Of a DNA stretch of 64,000 bases, positions 1 through 13,911 are shown one piece after another; positions within the stretch are counted from its first letter, which is position 1, and every line of letters begins with the position of its first letter. The translations under genes were made by a program, and so were the position numbers. The stretch spans positions 214,212,001 to 214,276,000 of the forward strand of contig NC_086097.1 of NCBI RefSeq assembly GCF_963921235.1, read 5' to 3'. The notes beneath the pieces were generated by a model, which saw only the letters and a list, made by a program, of their open reading frames with translations, was not told the origin of the DNA and did not search any database. The stretch comes from Mobula hypostoma (Eukaryota).

Positions 1-594
1 CATCCTGCGCCTTGTGAACTATTCCCAGAAACTTCAGCTATCTCTGCTCTGTCGTCATCTTCACCAATATCCTCCTCCAATCTACCTGGGCAAACTCCTC
101 TCTCATGCCTCTGTAATTCCCTTTATTTCACTGTAATGAAAACCAATTTCCCTCGGGATCAATAAAGTATGACTATGATACTGATACATGTGACTTGTGC
201 TTCTCCCTCTCAAATTGCAGTATGAATTCAATCATAGTATGATCACTGCCTCCTCCATTATGCTTCGGAATAAGATCTGGGTTATTACACAACACCCAAT
301 CTAAGACAGTCTTTCCCCAAGTAGGCTGCAGAACAAGCTGCTCTAAAATGCCATTTCATAAGCATTCAACAAATTCCCTCTCTTGTGATTTAACACCAAC
401 CTGATTACCCCCATCCCCTTGCATATTGAAGTCCCCCATTACAATCGGGTCATTATCCTTACTACATGCCTTTTCCAGCTCCATATGCAATCGCAACCCC
501 ACATCTTGGCTACTATATGGAGGCTTATATATGATTCCCACAATGGATTTCTTACCCTTGCAGTTTCTTAACTCCACCCACAAAGATTCAACAT
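1..594 (-). mobile_element. Decayed CR1 LINE fragment (AP endonuclease region)
   Basis: Translated WVELRNCKGKK..VGIIYKPP..VMGDFN motifs. A short foreign LINE 3' tail (aatttccctcgggatcaataaagt) is inserted at about 135-180. Confidence 0.8.
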
Positions 595-609
595 GTAGAT
601 GTGCTCAAA

Positions 610-2990
610 GATTTGGAGGGTTTTACCTGTGATGTACTGGGCTGAGTCCACAGCCTTTTATAGTATTTTCCACCCAAAGGCATCGGTGTTCCCATACCAG
701 GCCGTAATGCAGCCAGTCAGCACACCTTCCATGACACATCTATAGAAGTTTGCCAAGGTTTTCAATGACATGCCAAACCTCTGCAGACTCCTGAGGAAGT
801 AGAGGTGCTCTCGTGCTTTCTTAATAATAATATTTATATGGTGGGTCTAGGACAGGTCCTCTGAGATAGTGACACCCAGGAATTTAAAATTACTGACCCT
901 CTCCACCTCTGATCCTCCAATGATTACCGGCTCATTGACCACTGGTTTCCTTCTCTTGAAGTCTACAATGCGTTCCTTGGTCTTATTGACACCGAGAGAT
1001 TGTTATTACACCACTCAGCCAAATGTTTAATTTACCTCCTGTATACTGACTCATCACCCCCTTTGATATGGCCCACAATAGTGGCACCATTAGCAAACTT
1101 GTATATGGTGTTGGAGCTGTACTTAGCCACCCATGTAACCTGGTTATTCATAAAGACTAATTACAACATATTAAGCATAGTACAAAATGTTTGATGAATA
1201 AATCTTGGTAGAGAAGCTTTTAGATCTCAAATGAACAATATGATTCAAGTTATTATCTAATAGCCCAATGAAAGGGTTGTCCAAAATAACTCTTCTAAAT
1301 GCTTTTCATTAGATAAGATACTTTATTCATCCCAAAGGAAATTACAGTGTCACAGTAGCATTACAAGTGCACAAATATTTTAAGAAGTAAGAAATTTAAA
1401 AAGTTACCTTAAAAGTAAGATGTACAAGACTTACAAGTCAAAGACTGCAAGATCACTTTCCCAGCTATAGGCTAAAGCATTATAGAATCTTATGACCGAG
1501 GGTAAAAATGACCTCATATAGTGTTCTTTGGAAGAGCACAGTTGTCTTAGTCTTTTACTGAAAATGCTCCTCTGCTCAGCCAAGTTGGCATGCAGAGGGC
1601 GAGAAACATTGTTCAGAATTGCCAGGATTTTCCGTAGGGTTCTCCAGTGTGTCCAGTTTGACTTAAATAACAGAGCCAGCCTTTCTAATCAGTTTATTGA
1701 GCCTGTTGGCATCACCCATGCTGATGCCATTGCCCCAGCACATCACCACAAAGAAGATTGTACTGGCAACAACAGATTGGTAGAACATGTGAAGGAGAGG
1801 ATTGCATACTCCAAAGGACCTCAGTACTCTCAGGAAGTAGAGGCGACTCTGGCCCTTCTTGTACACAGCCTCTGTGTTGGTGCTCCACTCAGGTCTGTCG
1901 TCCAGATGCACTTCCAGGTACTTGTAGGTCCTCACCGCATCCACATCTTCACCATCAATAGTAACAGGATATTATATGATTTACACAAGATATTGATTAT
2001 GAATAAAAAACAATTTTATTCCAAGCATTGAACTAGAATCAATTTATTATCATTGACATAAAATGAAATTTTCTGTTATGTGGCAGCAAAATAATGCAAA
2101 GACAAAAATATATAAAAAGCGCAAAGAATTCATGGCAGTGTTCATGGACTCTGCAGAAATCTGATGGCAGAAGAGAAGCTGTTCCTAAATCAATGAGTAT
2201 GGGTCTTCAGGCTCCTGTACTCCTCACTCATGGCAGTAGTAACAAGAAGAGGGCATGTCCTGCAAGGTGAGGATCCTCAAGGATGGATGCCATCTATCTG
2301 AGGCACTAGCTCTCGAGGAGCCCTCAATGGTGAGGAAGGTTGTGCCTAAGATGCAGCTGACCAAGTCTATAACCCTCCTGTGCATTGGAGTCTCCATAGC
2401 CGGCTCTGATGCAACCAGTCCAAATTGCCTCTACTGTACATCTATAGAAATATCAGAATCAGGTTTACTATCGCGAGCATATACCATGAAATTTGTTGTT
2501 CTGCAGCAGCAGTACATTGTAATTTATAGATTTATTATGTATTGCAATGAGAATTATAGATATAAAATGAGATTTAGTGCAAAAAAAGAGCAAAAATATA
2601 TAGTGAAGTAGTGTTCATGGGTTCAATGTCCATTCAGAAATCTAATAACAGAGGCGAAGAAACTGTTCCTGAAGCATTGAATATGTGTCTTCAGGCTCCT
2701 GTACCTTCTCTTTGATGGTAGCAATAAGAGGACGTATCCTGGGTGATGTGGGGTTCTAATGATGGATGCCGCCTTCTTGAAGCATCACTTTTTGAATGTG
2801 TCCTTGATGCTGGGGAAGGTAAGTAAGAGTCTTTGATGACATACTAAATCTCCTCATACTCCTTGCGCAGTAGAGACACTGGTGTGCCTTCTTCATGATT
2901 GCAACAATGTGTAGGGCAAAGAATAGATCCTCTGAAAGATTAACACCCAGGAAATTGACGTTGCTCACCCTTTTCACCGCAAACCCTCTG
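610..2990 (-). mobile_element. Cluster of decayed Rex1/Babar-like LINE fragments
   Basis: RT C-terminal motifs YKYLEVHLD..W..N..KKGQSRLYFLR.LRSFG (1663-1944) and FLGVNLSEDL..KKAHQCLY (2756-3136). Confidence 0.7.
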
Positions 2991-3503
2991 AGGGCTCTTC
3001 CTCTTCCTGATCGGGGGCCAAGTAGCTGCCACACATTGCCCGATGGGACCTGCAGGCTAACAGAGGGAAGGAGTGCCTTACACTTCCTTTGGTAGAGACA
3101 CATCTCCACCCTGCCACCATGTACCATCTTCCCCATTTATGGGTCTGCAAATCCTACTTTTCAGCTACCTCAGACTTCTACAAGATGAAAACCAGATTGA
3201 AAGACAGAATGAAGCTTGACTTGATCATTCCGTAAAAATAAGGGACTTATTTCCTTGAAATTAGCCCAGCTTGCAGCATAAAAAAAGACACATTGAAATG
3301 ATAGTTGTTCATGAACAGGCGCCAAATCCCATCTTCCCATTCATAATATACAAAATTAAAAATACCCTAAAAATACCAAGTACATTGAAGCATAAAATAA
3401 TCACTTCTGCAAATCTCAAGATCAACACAATAATGTCCAGACAAAACTGTACAGATTTCAGGCTAGTAGAAATTATAACATATGGGAACAGTGAAAATCC
3501 TAC

Positions 3504-3548
3504 CTTGTAATACCTCTGAAAAATTATAACGGAATTCCTTAGCTTTTG
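3504..3548 (-). CDS. ASPH: ASPH/junctin/junctate 45-nt cassette exon, (A)KAKEFRYNFSEVLQ(G)
   Basis: Minus strand reads atgcag|CAAAAGCTAAGGAATTCCGTTATAATTTTTCAGAGGTATTACAAG|gtagga. It is 45 nt, phase 1-1, and matches the known alternatively spliced AKAKDFRYNLSEVLQ segment that follows the TM exon in mammalian junctin/junctate. Confidence 0.93.
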
Positions 3549-4235
3549 CTGCATGAGTAATAAAAATAACACTTTTAAAGAACTGTAGAAAATAGTCATT
3601 ATGCACATAGAACAAAAGACCAAAACTCAGTATTTTGAAGAAAATGTTCCAAAAGTATGCTGATTCAAAATGAAGTAGTGTAGTTTTAATGTGATCTTAT
3701 TAACTCTTAATTAAATGCAACTTTTGGCATCTGAGGATTAAAGTATAGTACACACAAATACATGTAATTAGTTCAGAAATTGCTCCTGGAAATCAAAAGC
3801 AGTTAATTTAACAGCTGTAAGATAAAACAGTTCTTATTGTTTTGGAAGGTCATCACAGTAGAATGCAATTTGCTAGAAAGCTATTTTGCACTACTATAAG
3901 TTGTATGTGATTGTATCTTTACGGTTCTTATACATTCTAAAGATTAGAATGTACAAGGACTATGGACAAACAGCTGAAGAAACTGTAGTCTGAATGAATC
4001 CACAACTTTACTAATGGAAAAAGACATACATGTATGTCATCCACTGGCCACCAGTGTTTCAACTACAACAGAATACGACCCAAAATGATAACCAATCTAA
4101 AAAGTTAACAAAATAATTCAAGTAATATTGAGCAATAAAACAGTAATGTGAATTCAACTTCCCCCATACATGACATCCTGCTTTTAAGGACATGAACTTT
4201 CACTCAAAATGCAATTTGAAAATTGAGAAACTTAC

Positions 4236-4385
4236 CCAGAACTTCCTCATAATCCACCAAGTCAAACCAAACAACAGCTACTGATGACCAGACTCCAAGT
4301 AAAGCAATTATCATGAACCACATGAAGAACGAGCTTCCTGAAGGCCCATCGGCTTTCTTCCCATTTTTATTAGTGCCATGCTTAT
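4236..4385 (-). CDS. ASPH: ASPH shared transmembrane exon (exon 2): DKHGTNKNGKKADGPSGSSFFMWFMIIALLGVWSSVAVVWFDLVDYEEVL
   Basis: 150-nt exon with ttcttctgttgtag acceptor, G|gtaagt donor and near-consensus branch point TGACTAAC at 4406-4413. The peptide closely matches the ASPH/junctin type II TM segment (SFFTWFMVIALLGVWTSVAVVWFDLVDYEEVL). Confidence 0.97.
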
Positions 4386-5278
4386 CTACAACAGAAGAAA
4401 TCATGGTTAGTCATCTGTAGTAAGTAAGCAAATGGACAAAACAAGTATGTTTTAAATCACTCTATTTGTAACATTTATGTGGGGATAGACTCATATGAAC
4501 ATAAAATGCCAATTGCATGATTTGGATTAAAAGCTACTGTCACAACAGCAACGCACAGAACCTGACTGGACCAGATCAGCTGACTCAATACCAATGTTAA
4601 CGCCAGTACCTTTCCGGTGTGGCCTTGCTGCCAGTTGTGCATTAGACTCTTCATGGAGTCCCACAATGCCATGCAAACTTCTGCTTGGTGTGACCATCGG
4701 GCCTATCCCAAATTAAACCACATAAGTAGTAGAGTCATTTATATATGAACAGAAAAGGTCGATTACCAGAAATGGAAAAACTTCTGCTTTTACATTTAAT
4801 GGTTGTTTGACTACAAATGCTTTTTAACTACGTTTAATTTTTACTTCCATTTGGATTTTACCCTACCGATGTACGTTTTTGTAACTTGTCTTTGACATGC
4901 AAACATTCAAGTAAAATGTAAGCAAGTGAGTCAGAGGCCAGGGCTTATTAGTTGTCACACCTAGTCTGGGAGTGCAAAAGGCTGCTTGGATTGAGGAACA
5001 CACATCAAAGTTGCTGGTGAACACAGCAGGCCAGGCAGCATCTCTAGGAAGAGGTACAGTTGGATTGAGGAAGTCTCTGCACTGAAGAGGTGGAGAAAGG
5101 CTCCCAGCCAACGTTTGTGACATGGACAGGCTGGGAAAGTAAAATGGCTCAGGGACAAAAAGCCAGCAATTACAGAACAACAAAATATCCCCTCTATCAA
5201 CTCCAGTACTACAGCACAGACAAATTCAGCCACACAACCAAGTGATAAGGGCCCTCCTGTTCAAAAAAAGTGGCTTAA

Positions 5279-5472
5279 TTATACCAAATTTATTTGGAAT
5301 CCCGTGAAGCATGTGGCAACCTTCCAATACCCAGGCGGCTCTTTTTTTTTCTCTTTTCTTTCTTTTTAGGTAGGACTATATATGGGGGGGGGGAGGGTTA
5401 AGGGGAGGGGGGAGGGTAGATTTTATCTTTTCATGTATTCTTTTTGAAAACTCAATAAAAATTATATTACCA
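5279..5472 (+). mobile_element. 5'-truncated L1-type 3' end insertion
   Basis: 16-bp TSD AAAAAAAGTGGCTTAA at 5263-5278 and 5473-5488, with a G-rich tract and AATAAA near the 3' end. Confidence 0.8.
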
Positions 5473-6154
5473 AAAAAAAGTGGCTTAAAGCCAGATTTTG
5501 TTCTTTCTTCCCCTCATTCCCTTATGTGATCTTTAGGTTGTTTCATCACCACATTCTTTGCATCAAGGATATATCTTAGCAGGTGTCCCATGCAAAGGAT
5601 GGAACAAATTTCTGAAATCACCAAAAATAACTGAAGTCACTTGCTCTGAAGTGGGTTGCGTCCGTTTAAATTTTTTCCAAACTGAAAATAGTTTTAAATA
5701 GTACAAATGCCTACTCTCAACTTTCATTATATGTACCATACCCAGCCTTAAAAATCCCTTTTTCTATTAAATAATCAATTCTCCCCCATCGTTCAGAACT
5801 GGATCTGCAAGACTTCAAAATTCAATCTGATCCATTGTGGAATTACTTGTTTTTGTTATGAGAAGCCCAATAACACTCTATTGCAGTTTCATTCAAGTTG
5901 TCAGCACAGTTTAGTTCCAGCGGTTGTTACCCCAGAAATATCTTTACATAACCACTGAATCAAAGTCAGTATCATGACCTTTACACAAAGTCTATTCAAA
6001 CACAGGATCTGAATGTACCTGGCAATTCCCATCTGACTCTGATCTAAGGAGACAGTTAACAGCCAACCATCGTGGATCTGTGATTGCATTTAAGCTCAAC
6101 AGGCAAGGCAGCACATTTCAGATGGGTGCTTGCAATAGTTTAGCTGACTCATAG

Positions 6155-8410
6155 TTAGAAACATAGAAAACCTACAGCACAATACAGACCCTTCGGCCAA
6201 CAAAGCTGTGCCGAACATGTCCCTATCGTAGAAATTACTAGGGTTACCCATAACCCTCTATTTTTCTGAGCTCCATGTACCTACCCAGGAGTCTCTTAAA
6301 AGACCCCATCATATCCGCCTCCACCACCGTTGCCGGCAACCCATTCCATGCATTCACCATTCCCTGCATAAAAAACGTATCCCTGACATCTCCTCTGTAC
6401 TTACGCCCCAGCACCTTAAACCTCTGTGCCCTCTTGTGACAGCCATTTCAGCCCTGGGAAAAAGCCTCTGATTATCCACACGATCAATGCCTCTCATCAT
6501 CTTATACACAAGTTCCTTACTCTTATTATCTTTTAGTTACTCAAGTTAAATTTTCCAGTTGCTATGATAGGATTTGAACTAATGATAGGATTAATGATTC
6601 ATATTTTAGCAAGACATTGAAGCTTTGGACACTACCTCACTTTTTTTTAAATATACAATATTCCTGTTTTTGCACATTCTTTTAAATCTATTCAATATAC
6701 ATAATTGATTTACTTGTTTATTATGTTTTATTTTATTTATTATTATTTTTTTCCTCTCCCTCTGCTAGATTATGTATGGCATTGAACTGCTGCTGCTAAG
6801 TTAACAAATTTCACGTCACAATCCAGTGATAATAAACTGATTCTGATTCAGAATTGGTTTGCTGATAGAGAACAGATGATAGTGGTGGGTTAGGTTTGCT
6901 GAAGACGCAAAGATTGGTTACATAGTGGTCGGAGTAGAAGAACAGCAAATGAAGAAATGCAATATAGATGAGTTGTAGACATGGCCAAAGAAATGGCAGA
7001 TGGAGTTTAATCCAGGCAATTGTGAGGTGATGTACTTTGGGAGATCAAATGTAAAGGGAAAGTATACAGTTAATGGTGGACCCTTAACAGCACTGATGTA
7101 CAGGGGCACCTTGGGGTACAAGTGAATAGCTCCCTGAAAGTAGCTGCGTAAGTCAATGGAATGGTAAAGAGAGCAAGCAGCATGCTTGCCTTTTATACTC
7201 GAGACAGTAAATTCAAGAGTCAGGAAGTGGTGTTAAGAATTTTTTAAAAAATAAAACTCTTTTTAGACTACATTTGGAGCATTGCTTTCAATTCTACAAA
7301 CTTTTGTAGTTACCCCATTATAGTGAGGATATTAAGGTGAGGGAAGAATGCAGAAGAGGTTTACCAGGGTCGTGCCTAAATCAGGAGGAATATGCAATAA
7401 GGAGAACCATTTAAGCAATACAAAAACAGTTGCAGGCCCTTCAGCCCATTGACCATGGTGCTCACCCAGCTATTTCCAATTTCCAGTGTTCAGCCCATAA
7501 ACCCAGTGCCTCCACATACCTATCCAAGAGTTTCTTAAATTATATTACTGTAACTGCCTCAGGCACTTCCTCTGGCGGCTTGTTCCAGACACACAGCATT
7601 CTGCATGAAAAAGTTGCCCCTCATGTCCCTTTTAAATCTTTCCCTTCTCACTCTAGATCTTTGCTCCTGAGTTTTGGTCTCTCCAATCATGGGGAAAAGC
7701 CTTCTTATCTATGCTTCTCAGAATTTTAATCATTTCTATAAGGTCGCCTACATTCCAAGGAATGAAGACCTAGCCTGGCCAACTTCCCCCTGTATCCTCC
7801 TCCAGTCCTGGGAACATCCTCAAATCTTTTTCATTTAACTACATCTTTCCCATAACAGGGTGAACAAAACTGTACACCAAGCGTGGTCTAACCAACAACT
7901 TGTACAACTGCAACATCATGTCCCACCTCCTATTCTCAGTGCCCAGACTCATGAGGTTACAACTGACTGACAACTAGGGCTATTTTCTCTGGAACGGCAG
8001 AGGCTGAGGCAGCCCTGACAGTAGAAGTTTATATAACTATAGGAAGCATGGTTAGAGTAAACTGCTGTTATCTTTCACCCACAGGGTTGAAATCTCTAAT
8101 ACAGAGGATATTCATTTAAGAAGCTGGGGGGAGGCGGTGGGGGAAAAAAAAAGAGGAAGAAGTTGTTTAAAACAGAAGTGCAGAGCAAGCTTAAGTTGTG
8201 GGTGCCTCGAATGTTCTCCCAGAGCTGGTTGCAGAGACAGTGATTGTAAGAGGTTTTCAAGAGGCTCTTAGGTAGGCATATAAATATGTAGAGAAGAGAG
8301 GAATATGGACCATGTGGAGAAATAAGGAATTGGGATTCATTAATTTAATTAATTTGTCACAACTTAGTGTGTCAAATTGCCTGTTCCTGTGCTGTATTGC
8401 TTTATGTTCT
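6155..8410. mobile_element. CR1 LINE fragments in both orientations (plus a short Rex-like 3' tail at about 6620-6850)
   Basis: CR1 3' end atagaaacatagaa at about 6155 and remnants of the KWQMEFNP.NCEVM.FG RT region at about 6990-7050. Confidence 0.7.
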
Positions 8411-9717
8411 ACAGCTCTGGCTTCTGATCCAGTAACCCAACTAACCACTGCACAACTCCACTCACTTGGCATTGCTTGGCTACTGATGGCAACAGTGGGG
8501 TCATGGACAGCCTGATTTGAATTGCAGTGCATATTCTAAATCTATCCCACCGAGCACAGCAGGGCCAAACAAAACAACTAAGAATCTCCTCAAATGTGGA
8601 AGTCGAAGCTCTATTTCTACAAACTGAGTTTGGAGAGCGTGGAGGAGGATTTTCCCCTCAGAAATCCACTCTGCCAATTAAGTCCTCCAAGACATAGGCC
8701 AGCAATGATGCTAATAATCCAATTTGGTATATAAATTTAGCCACCACCCTCATCCATTAGAGCTCATTTTGTGAACATTATGCATTTCTAACTACTTATG
8801 TGAATGAAGGTCATTAGGCAGCCTGTACAACTAGTGCACAAATCAAACAGACATTATAATCAAAATGACTCAGCAAATGATGTAGGGCTTCGACACTGGA
8901 ATAGGCCAAGGGGTCAATGCAACTAAGGTTGTAAAATATCAGGACAACTTCTAAAGACTAGGATCAGCACTCAATCTAGCTGTTTCACATTTTTTTAAAA
9001 AAAAGTCCTTTGAATGCAAAACTTTGCAATTATCTGCAATCATTATGTTCCAAGCATACTACAGATGAACAAACAGATGGATTAACCCATTTCTTATGAG
9101 GAAATCGCCGAGGCTATACTTTCATTACACTCGGGGAAGGCTCTGGGTCCAGATGGCTTTTCTGGAGAATTTTAAGGCTTTTTCTTCATTAATTATACCA
9201 CAGTTACACTTAGTGTTTTTGGATTCTTTCAAATTGGGTAGTTTGCCTCAATCTTTTTATGAAGCTTCTATTTCGCTTATCCTAAAAAAGAACAAGGATC
9301 CAACTGAATGCTCTTCATATAGGTCAATTTCATTACTCAATGTTGATACCAAAATTCTTTCTAAAGTTCTGGCTCATAGGATTGAAAATATTTTACCTTC
9401 TATTATTTCTGATGATCAGACTGGATTTATTAAAAACCGACATTCCCATTTTAATATACTCCGTGCATTAAATGTTACTTACTCTCCTTCTCAGGAGATA
9501 TCGGAATGTGTGTTATCCTTAGATTCTGAGAAGGCCTTCGATCCGGTTGAATGGAATTATTTATTTAAAACCTTAGAAAAATTTAATTTTGGACCAGATT
9601 TTATTCAATGGGTTAAATGACTTTATTTATCTCCTTCTGCTCGGGTTCTTACTAATTTTCAAAATTCCAAACCATTTAAACTTCACCGCGGAACTAGACA
9701 AGGCTGTCTATTGAGTC

Positions 9718-9934
9718 ACAAACAACAGGAATTCTGCAGATGCTGGAAATTCAAGCAACACACATCAAAGTTGCTGGTGAACGCAGCAGGCCAGGCAGCA
9801 CCTCTAGGAAGAGGTACAGTTGACGTTTCAGGCCGAGACCCTTCGTCAGGACAAGCCTGAAACGTCGACTGTACCTCTTCCTAGAGATGCTGCCTGGCCT
9901 GCTGCATTCACCAGCAACTCTGATGTGTGTTGCG
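9718..9934. mobile_element. Penelope-derived hairpin insertion (inverted terminal-repeat arms)
   Basis: About 80-bp inverted arms, TSD TGTCTATTGAGTC / TGTCTTTTGAGTC (9705-9717, 9935-9947), and a hammerhead core on the minus strand at about 9817-9852. Confidence 0.8.
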
Positions 9935-11596
9935 TGTCTTTTGAGTCCTTTGCTTTTTGATCTAGCTTTAGAACCCCTTGCTATTGATTTTCGAGAATCT
10001 AATGATATCTGTGGTATTTTAAGGAGAGGTATCACCCATAAAATCTCGCTTTATGCTGATGATATATTGCTTTTTATCTCTAATGTTGAGACCTCGTTAC
10101 CTTGTGTACTTTCTTTACTCTCCCATTTTAGCCAGTTTTAAGGATACAAATTGAACCTACATAAGAGTGAATTATTTCCTTTAAATCATTTGGTATCAAT
10201 TAATATTAATCTCCTTTTTAAAATTGTAAGGAATGAATTTACTTATTTGGGTGTAACAATCACTAAGAATTACAAACACCTGTTTAAAGAAAACTTTCTT
10301 ACTTTATTGAACCATGTAAAAAAGATATTATTAAATTGGTCACTTCTTTCAATATCGTTGATTGGATGAATTAATTCTATTAAAATGAATATTCTACCTA
10401 AATTTATATCTCTTTTTCAGGCTCTACCCATTTTTATTCCTAAATCCTTTTTTGACTCTCTTGAATCTATTTTATCCTCCTACATATGGAAAAATAAACG
10501 TCCTCATTTAAATAAAGTTTATCTTCAAAAACCTAAAAAGTCTGGAGGTTTAGCCTTACCTAATTTTAGGTTTTATTACTAGGCAGTTAATATACGATAT
10601 CTTACGTTTTGGCTATATTATATTAATCGTGTAGACTGTCCGGCATGGGTTTCTTTAGAAGTTAACTCTGTTAATAAATTTTCTATTATTTCTCTTCTTG
10701 GATCCTTACTTCCTTTATTTGTAAATAAACTAACTGATAATTTAATAGTTAAACATACTCTGAGGATCTGGATACAATTTAGAAAACATTTTGGTTTATT
10801 GAGATTTACCCTTTCTAGTCCCATTTATTCTCTTTTTTTTTTAAAACCCTCTATGACTGATTTAATTTTTAAAGAATGGGACAGGCTGGGTATTAAAAGT
10901 TTTTGGGATCTGTTTGTTGGAGGAAATCTTTTTTCATTTGAGCAATTGTCAGCTAAATATAGCTTATCCAAAACTCACTTTTTTTTTAAGATATCTACAA
11001 ATCAGAGACTTCCTGAGATCTCAATTATGCACATTTCCTGTAAGCTCAGGTAAGAACTTACTAGACGTAATTTTTAATTTGACACCTTTTCATAATGGTT
11101 CAATATCTAATATTTATGGTATGTTATTGGAGACAAGGAATGTTCCTTTAGACAAAATTTCCAGACATCAATATCTGAAGAAACTTGGAATGAAATCTTT
11201 AAACTGGTTAATACTTCATCGCTATGTGCTCACCATTCCCTCATACAATTTAAGGTGGTACATAGAGTCCACATGACTAAGGATAAGCTATCTCGTTTTT
11301 ATTCAGATATATCTCCCGACTGTGGCAGATGCAATAATGGAGAAGCTTCATTAATACATATGTTTTAAGACTTGTCCATGTCTTGAAAAATATTGGAAAG
11401 AAGTTTTTCAAACTTTTTCTATACTTTTCAAAGTCAATTTTAAGCCTAATCCTCTGACGGCCCTATTCGGTATTGTTGCAGGACAAGATATCAAGCTGAA
11501 GACATCAGATTTACACATTTTGGCCTGTTGCTCTCTTATAGCTAGGAGGGCACTTTTGTCTAAATGGAAAGATGTTTCTCCTCCTACTCCTCCTCC

Positions 11597-11696
11597 TAGA
11601 TAGATAGATATACTTTATTAATCCCGAGGGAAATTTGGTGCGGCTGTAACGAAACCAAATTTCCCTCGGGATTAATAAAATATATCTATCTATCTA
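11597..11696. repeat. 43-bp inverted repeat made of two LINE 3' tails
   Basis: Arms 11597-11639 and 11654-11696 differ by one base and flank a 14-nt spacer. The same tail (aatttccctcggg..aataaagta(tcta)n) occurs singly at about 140 and about 44710. Confidence 0.9.
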
Positions 11697-12874
11697 CTCA
11701 TGCTTAATGGTTATGCAATGTTATGTCATGCTTAGATTTAGAGAAGATTCATTGTTCAATTTCTGAATCTCGTCAAGACTTTCAAACATTGTGGGGACCC
11801 TTTCTGAATTATTTTCAAAACCCTTAATTCGTTGTTTAAATTTAGACATTAACTATTATTAATTTTTATTATACGAGAAGGTATTTACCTTTTTTTCCTC
11901 CTTAATCTTAGTAGGGGTTAGACTTTTTTTTGTACTAAATTAATATATTTCAATATAACTTTGACTAACCTACATGAATACAGGGTAATGAGATTGTTAT
12001 TATGAATAGATATAACGTAATTGGTAGTTTTTTTTGACCTTTTATATATACTTCCTTGGACTCTATTCTTCTATGTAGAAACTAATAAAAATATTGAAAG
12101 AGGAATATAATTATCAACTGGGGAAAAAAGTTATTTCAGGTTGAATACAACTTTGTATACTAGGCATTCACAACTAAGTTTGATGGATCAACTGAGGCAC
12201 ATTGTTACAAAGTGTTACTGAGAACAATGAATCAAATTAGGAAATACAGTTAACATTTTCCAAGTGGCGTCCAAATCAAATGAGTACCAATTTATCAGTA
12301 CTGCTCCATTTTGGGAACTATGAATAAGTATCAGCAAAGGAAATAAAGAATTAATCGTTACTCTCTAATTCTTTAACATCCACATTTCCTTCATATTGCT
12401 CCAAGATTCAAAATTCTAATTTAATAATACTTACATAGATGGAGAATTCTACGCTATCTTGCTTTGAAATGGTATCACCCAGTAGTCACACATAGAAAAG
12501 TTAGCCTTGAGGTGGCTAAGCACTGCCGAGATAGTGTAAGATAGATGACTCCAGTTCCCTTCTTTATTTTGACCCCCATTTCTTGGAGAAACAGGATAGC
12601 AAGCTGGATACTCTGATCCAAGGATACAGTAGAGCAATATTGTGTCTGCTAACATCAAAAGCTAGATGCATGTTAAGGATGCCAGGCCCTAACACTCAAG
12701 TGGCCTTTGGAGAGAGCAATAAGATGGTCAAACAACACACGTTATTAACTTCAATTTCTGATATTACATAGCCAACCGACTGTTTATTCAGAAACTTGAA
12801 TTCAGTCAAGTTGTCTTCAATACATGACTTGGGGTATTTAAATATGATGTGGGGAATAGTCTATGATTTGCCAG

Positions 12875-13860
12875 TGCAAATACCCATGTCGTGATGCTGT
12901 TTGTTGATTATAGTTCAGCATTTAACACCCTCATTCCTACAGTCCGAATCGAAAAGCTACAGAACCGAGCTGTTTGTACCTCCCTCTCCATTTGGATTCT
13001 CAATTTCCTAACAGGAAGACTACCATCTGTGCAGATTGGAAATAATGTCTCCACCTTGCTGACAATTAACACTGGAGCTCCACAGGGATGTATACTCTCT
13101 CTACACCCATGACTATGTGGCTAGGCACAGCTCAAACAGCATCTATAAATTTGCTGATGATACAACCATTGATGGCAGAATTTCAGATGGTGACACAAGG
13201 GCATACAGGAGCGAGATACATCAGTTAGTTGAGTGGTGTCGCAGCAACAACCTTGCACCCAATGGACTTCAGGAAGGGTAAGATGAGGGAACACAAACCA
13301 GTCCTCATTGGGGGTGGAGGGAGAAAGTGGAGGTCAGAAGTGCAGAGAGTGAGCAGTTTCAAGTACCTGGGTGTCAATATCTCTGAGGACCGAACCTGGT
13401 CACAACATATTGATGCAGCTATATAAAAAAAGACAAGACAGTGGCTATATTTGATTAGAAACTTGAAGAGATTTGGTTTCTCAACTAAAATACTTGAAAA
13501 TTTCTACAAATATAGCATGGAGAGCAATCTGACTAGCTGCATCACCATTTGATATGGGGGGGCCTAATGTACAAGATCAAAATAAGTTGCAGAAACTTGT
13601 AAAATTAATCAGCTCTATCATGGGGACCTGCCTCTGTAGTATCTCAAGGAGCGGTACCTTAGGAAGGCAGCATCCATCACCGAGGAACCCCACTACCCAG
13701 GACATGCCCCCTTCACACTGTTACTATCAGGAAGGAGGTACAGAAGCTTGAAGGCACACACTCAGTGACTCAGGAACAGCTTCTTCCCCTCTACCATCCG
13801 ATTTCTGAATAGACACTGAGCCCATGAACACCAACCCAGTACTTTATTTATTTGTTATTT
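12875..13860 (+). mobile_element. Rex1/Babar-like LINE RT fragment
   Basis: LFVDYSSAFNT, GAPQGC, KFADD and FKYLGVNISED motifs with frameshifts. Confidence 0.8.
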
Positions 13861-13911
13861 TGCTATAACAAATATATATAAATATAAATTATAGCAAAAT
13901 ACACACCTATA

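Larger units (their letters stand above)
9076..12100 (+). mobile_element. 5'-truncated, decayed L1 (ORF2 RT to C-terminus, plus 3'UTR)
   Basis: ORFs 9096-11276 are homologous to the intact L1 ORF2 in this window (SYRSISLLN, DSEKAFD, LYADD, YLGV) but carry stops and frameshifts. AATAAA at about 12085. Interrupted by two hairpin insertions. Confidence 0.92.

Noticed and set aside
1..3500. Next ASPH exon (KLGIYDADGDGDFD EF-hand-like segment)
   Set aside because: Not found by eye. It presumably lies beyond the left edge of the window.
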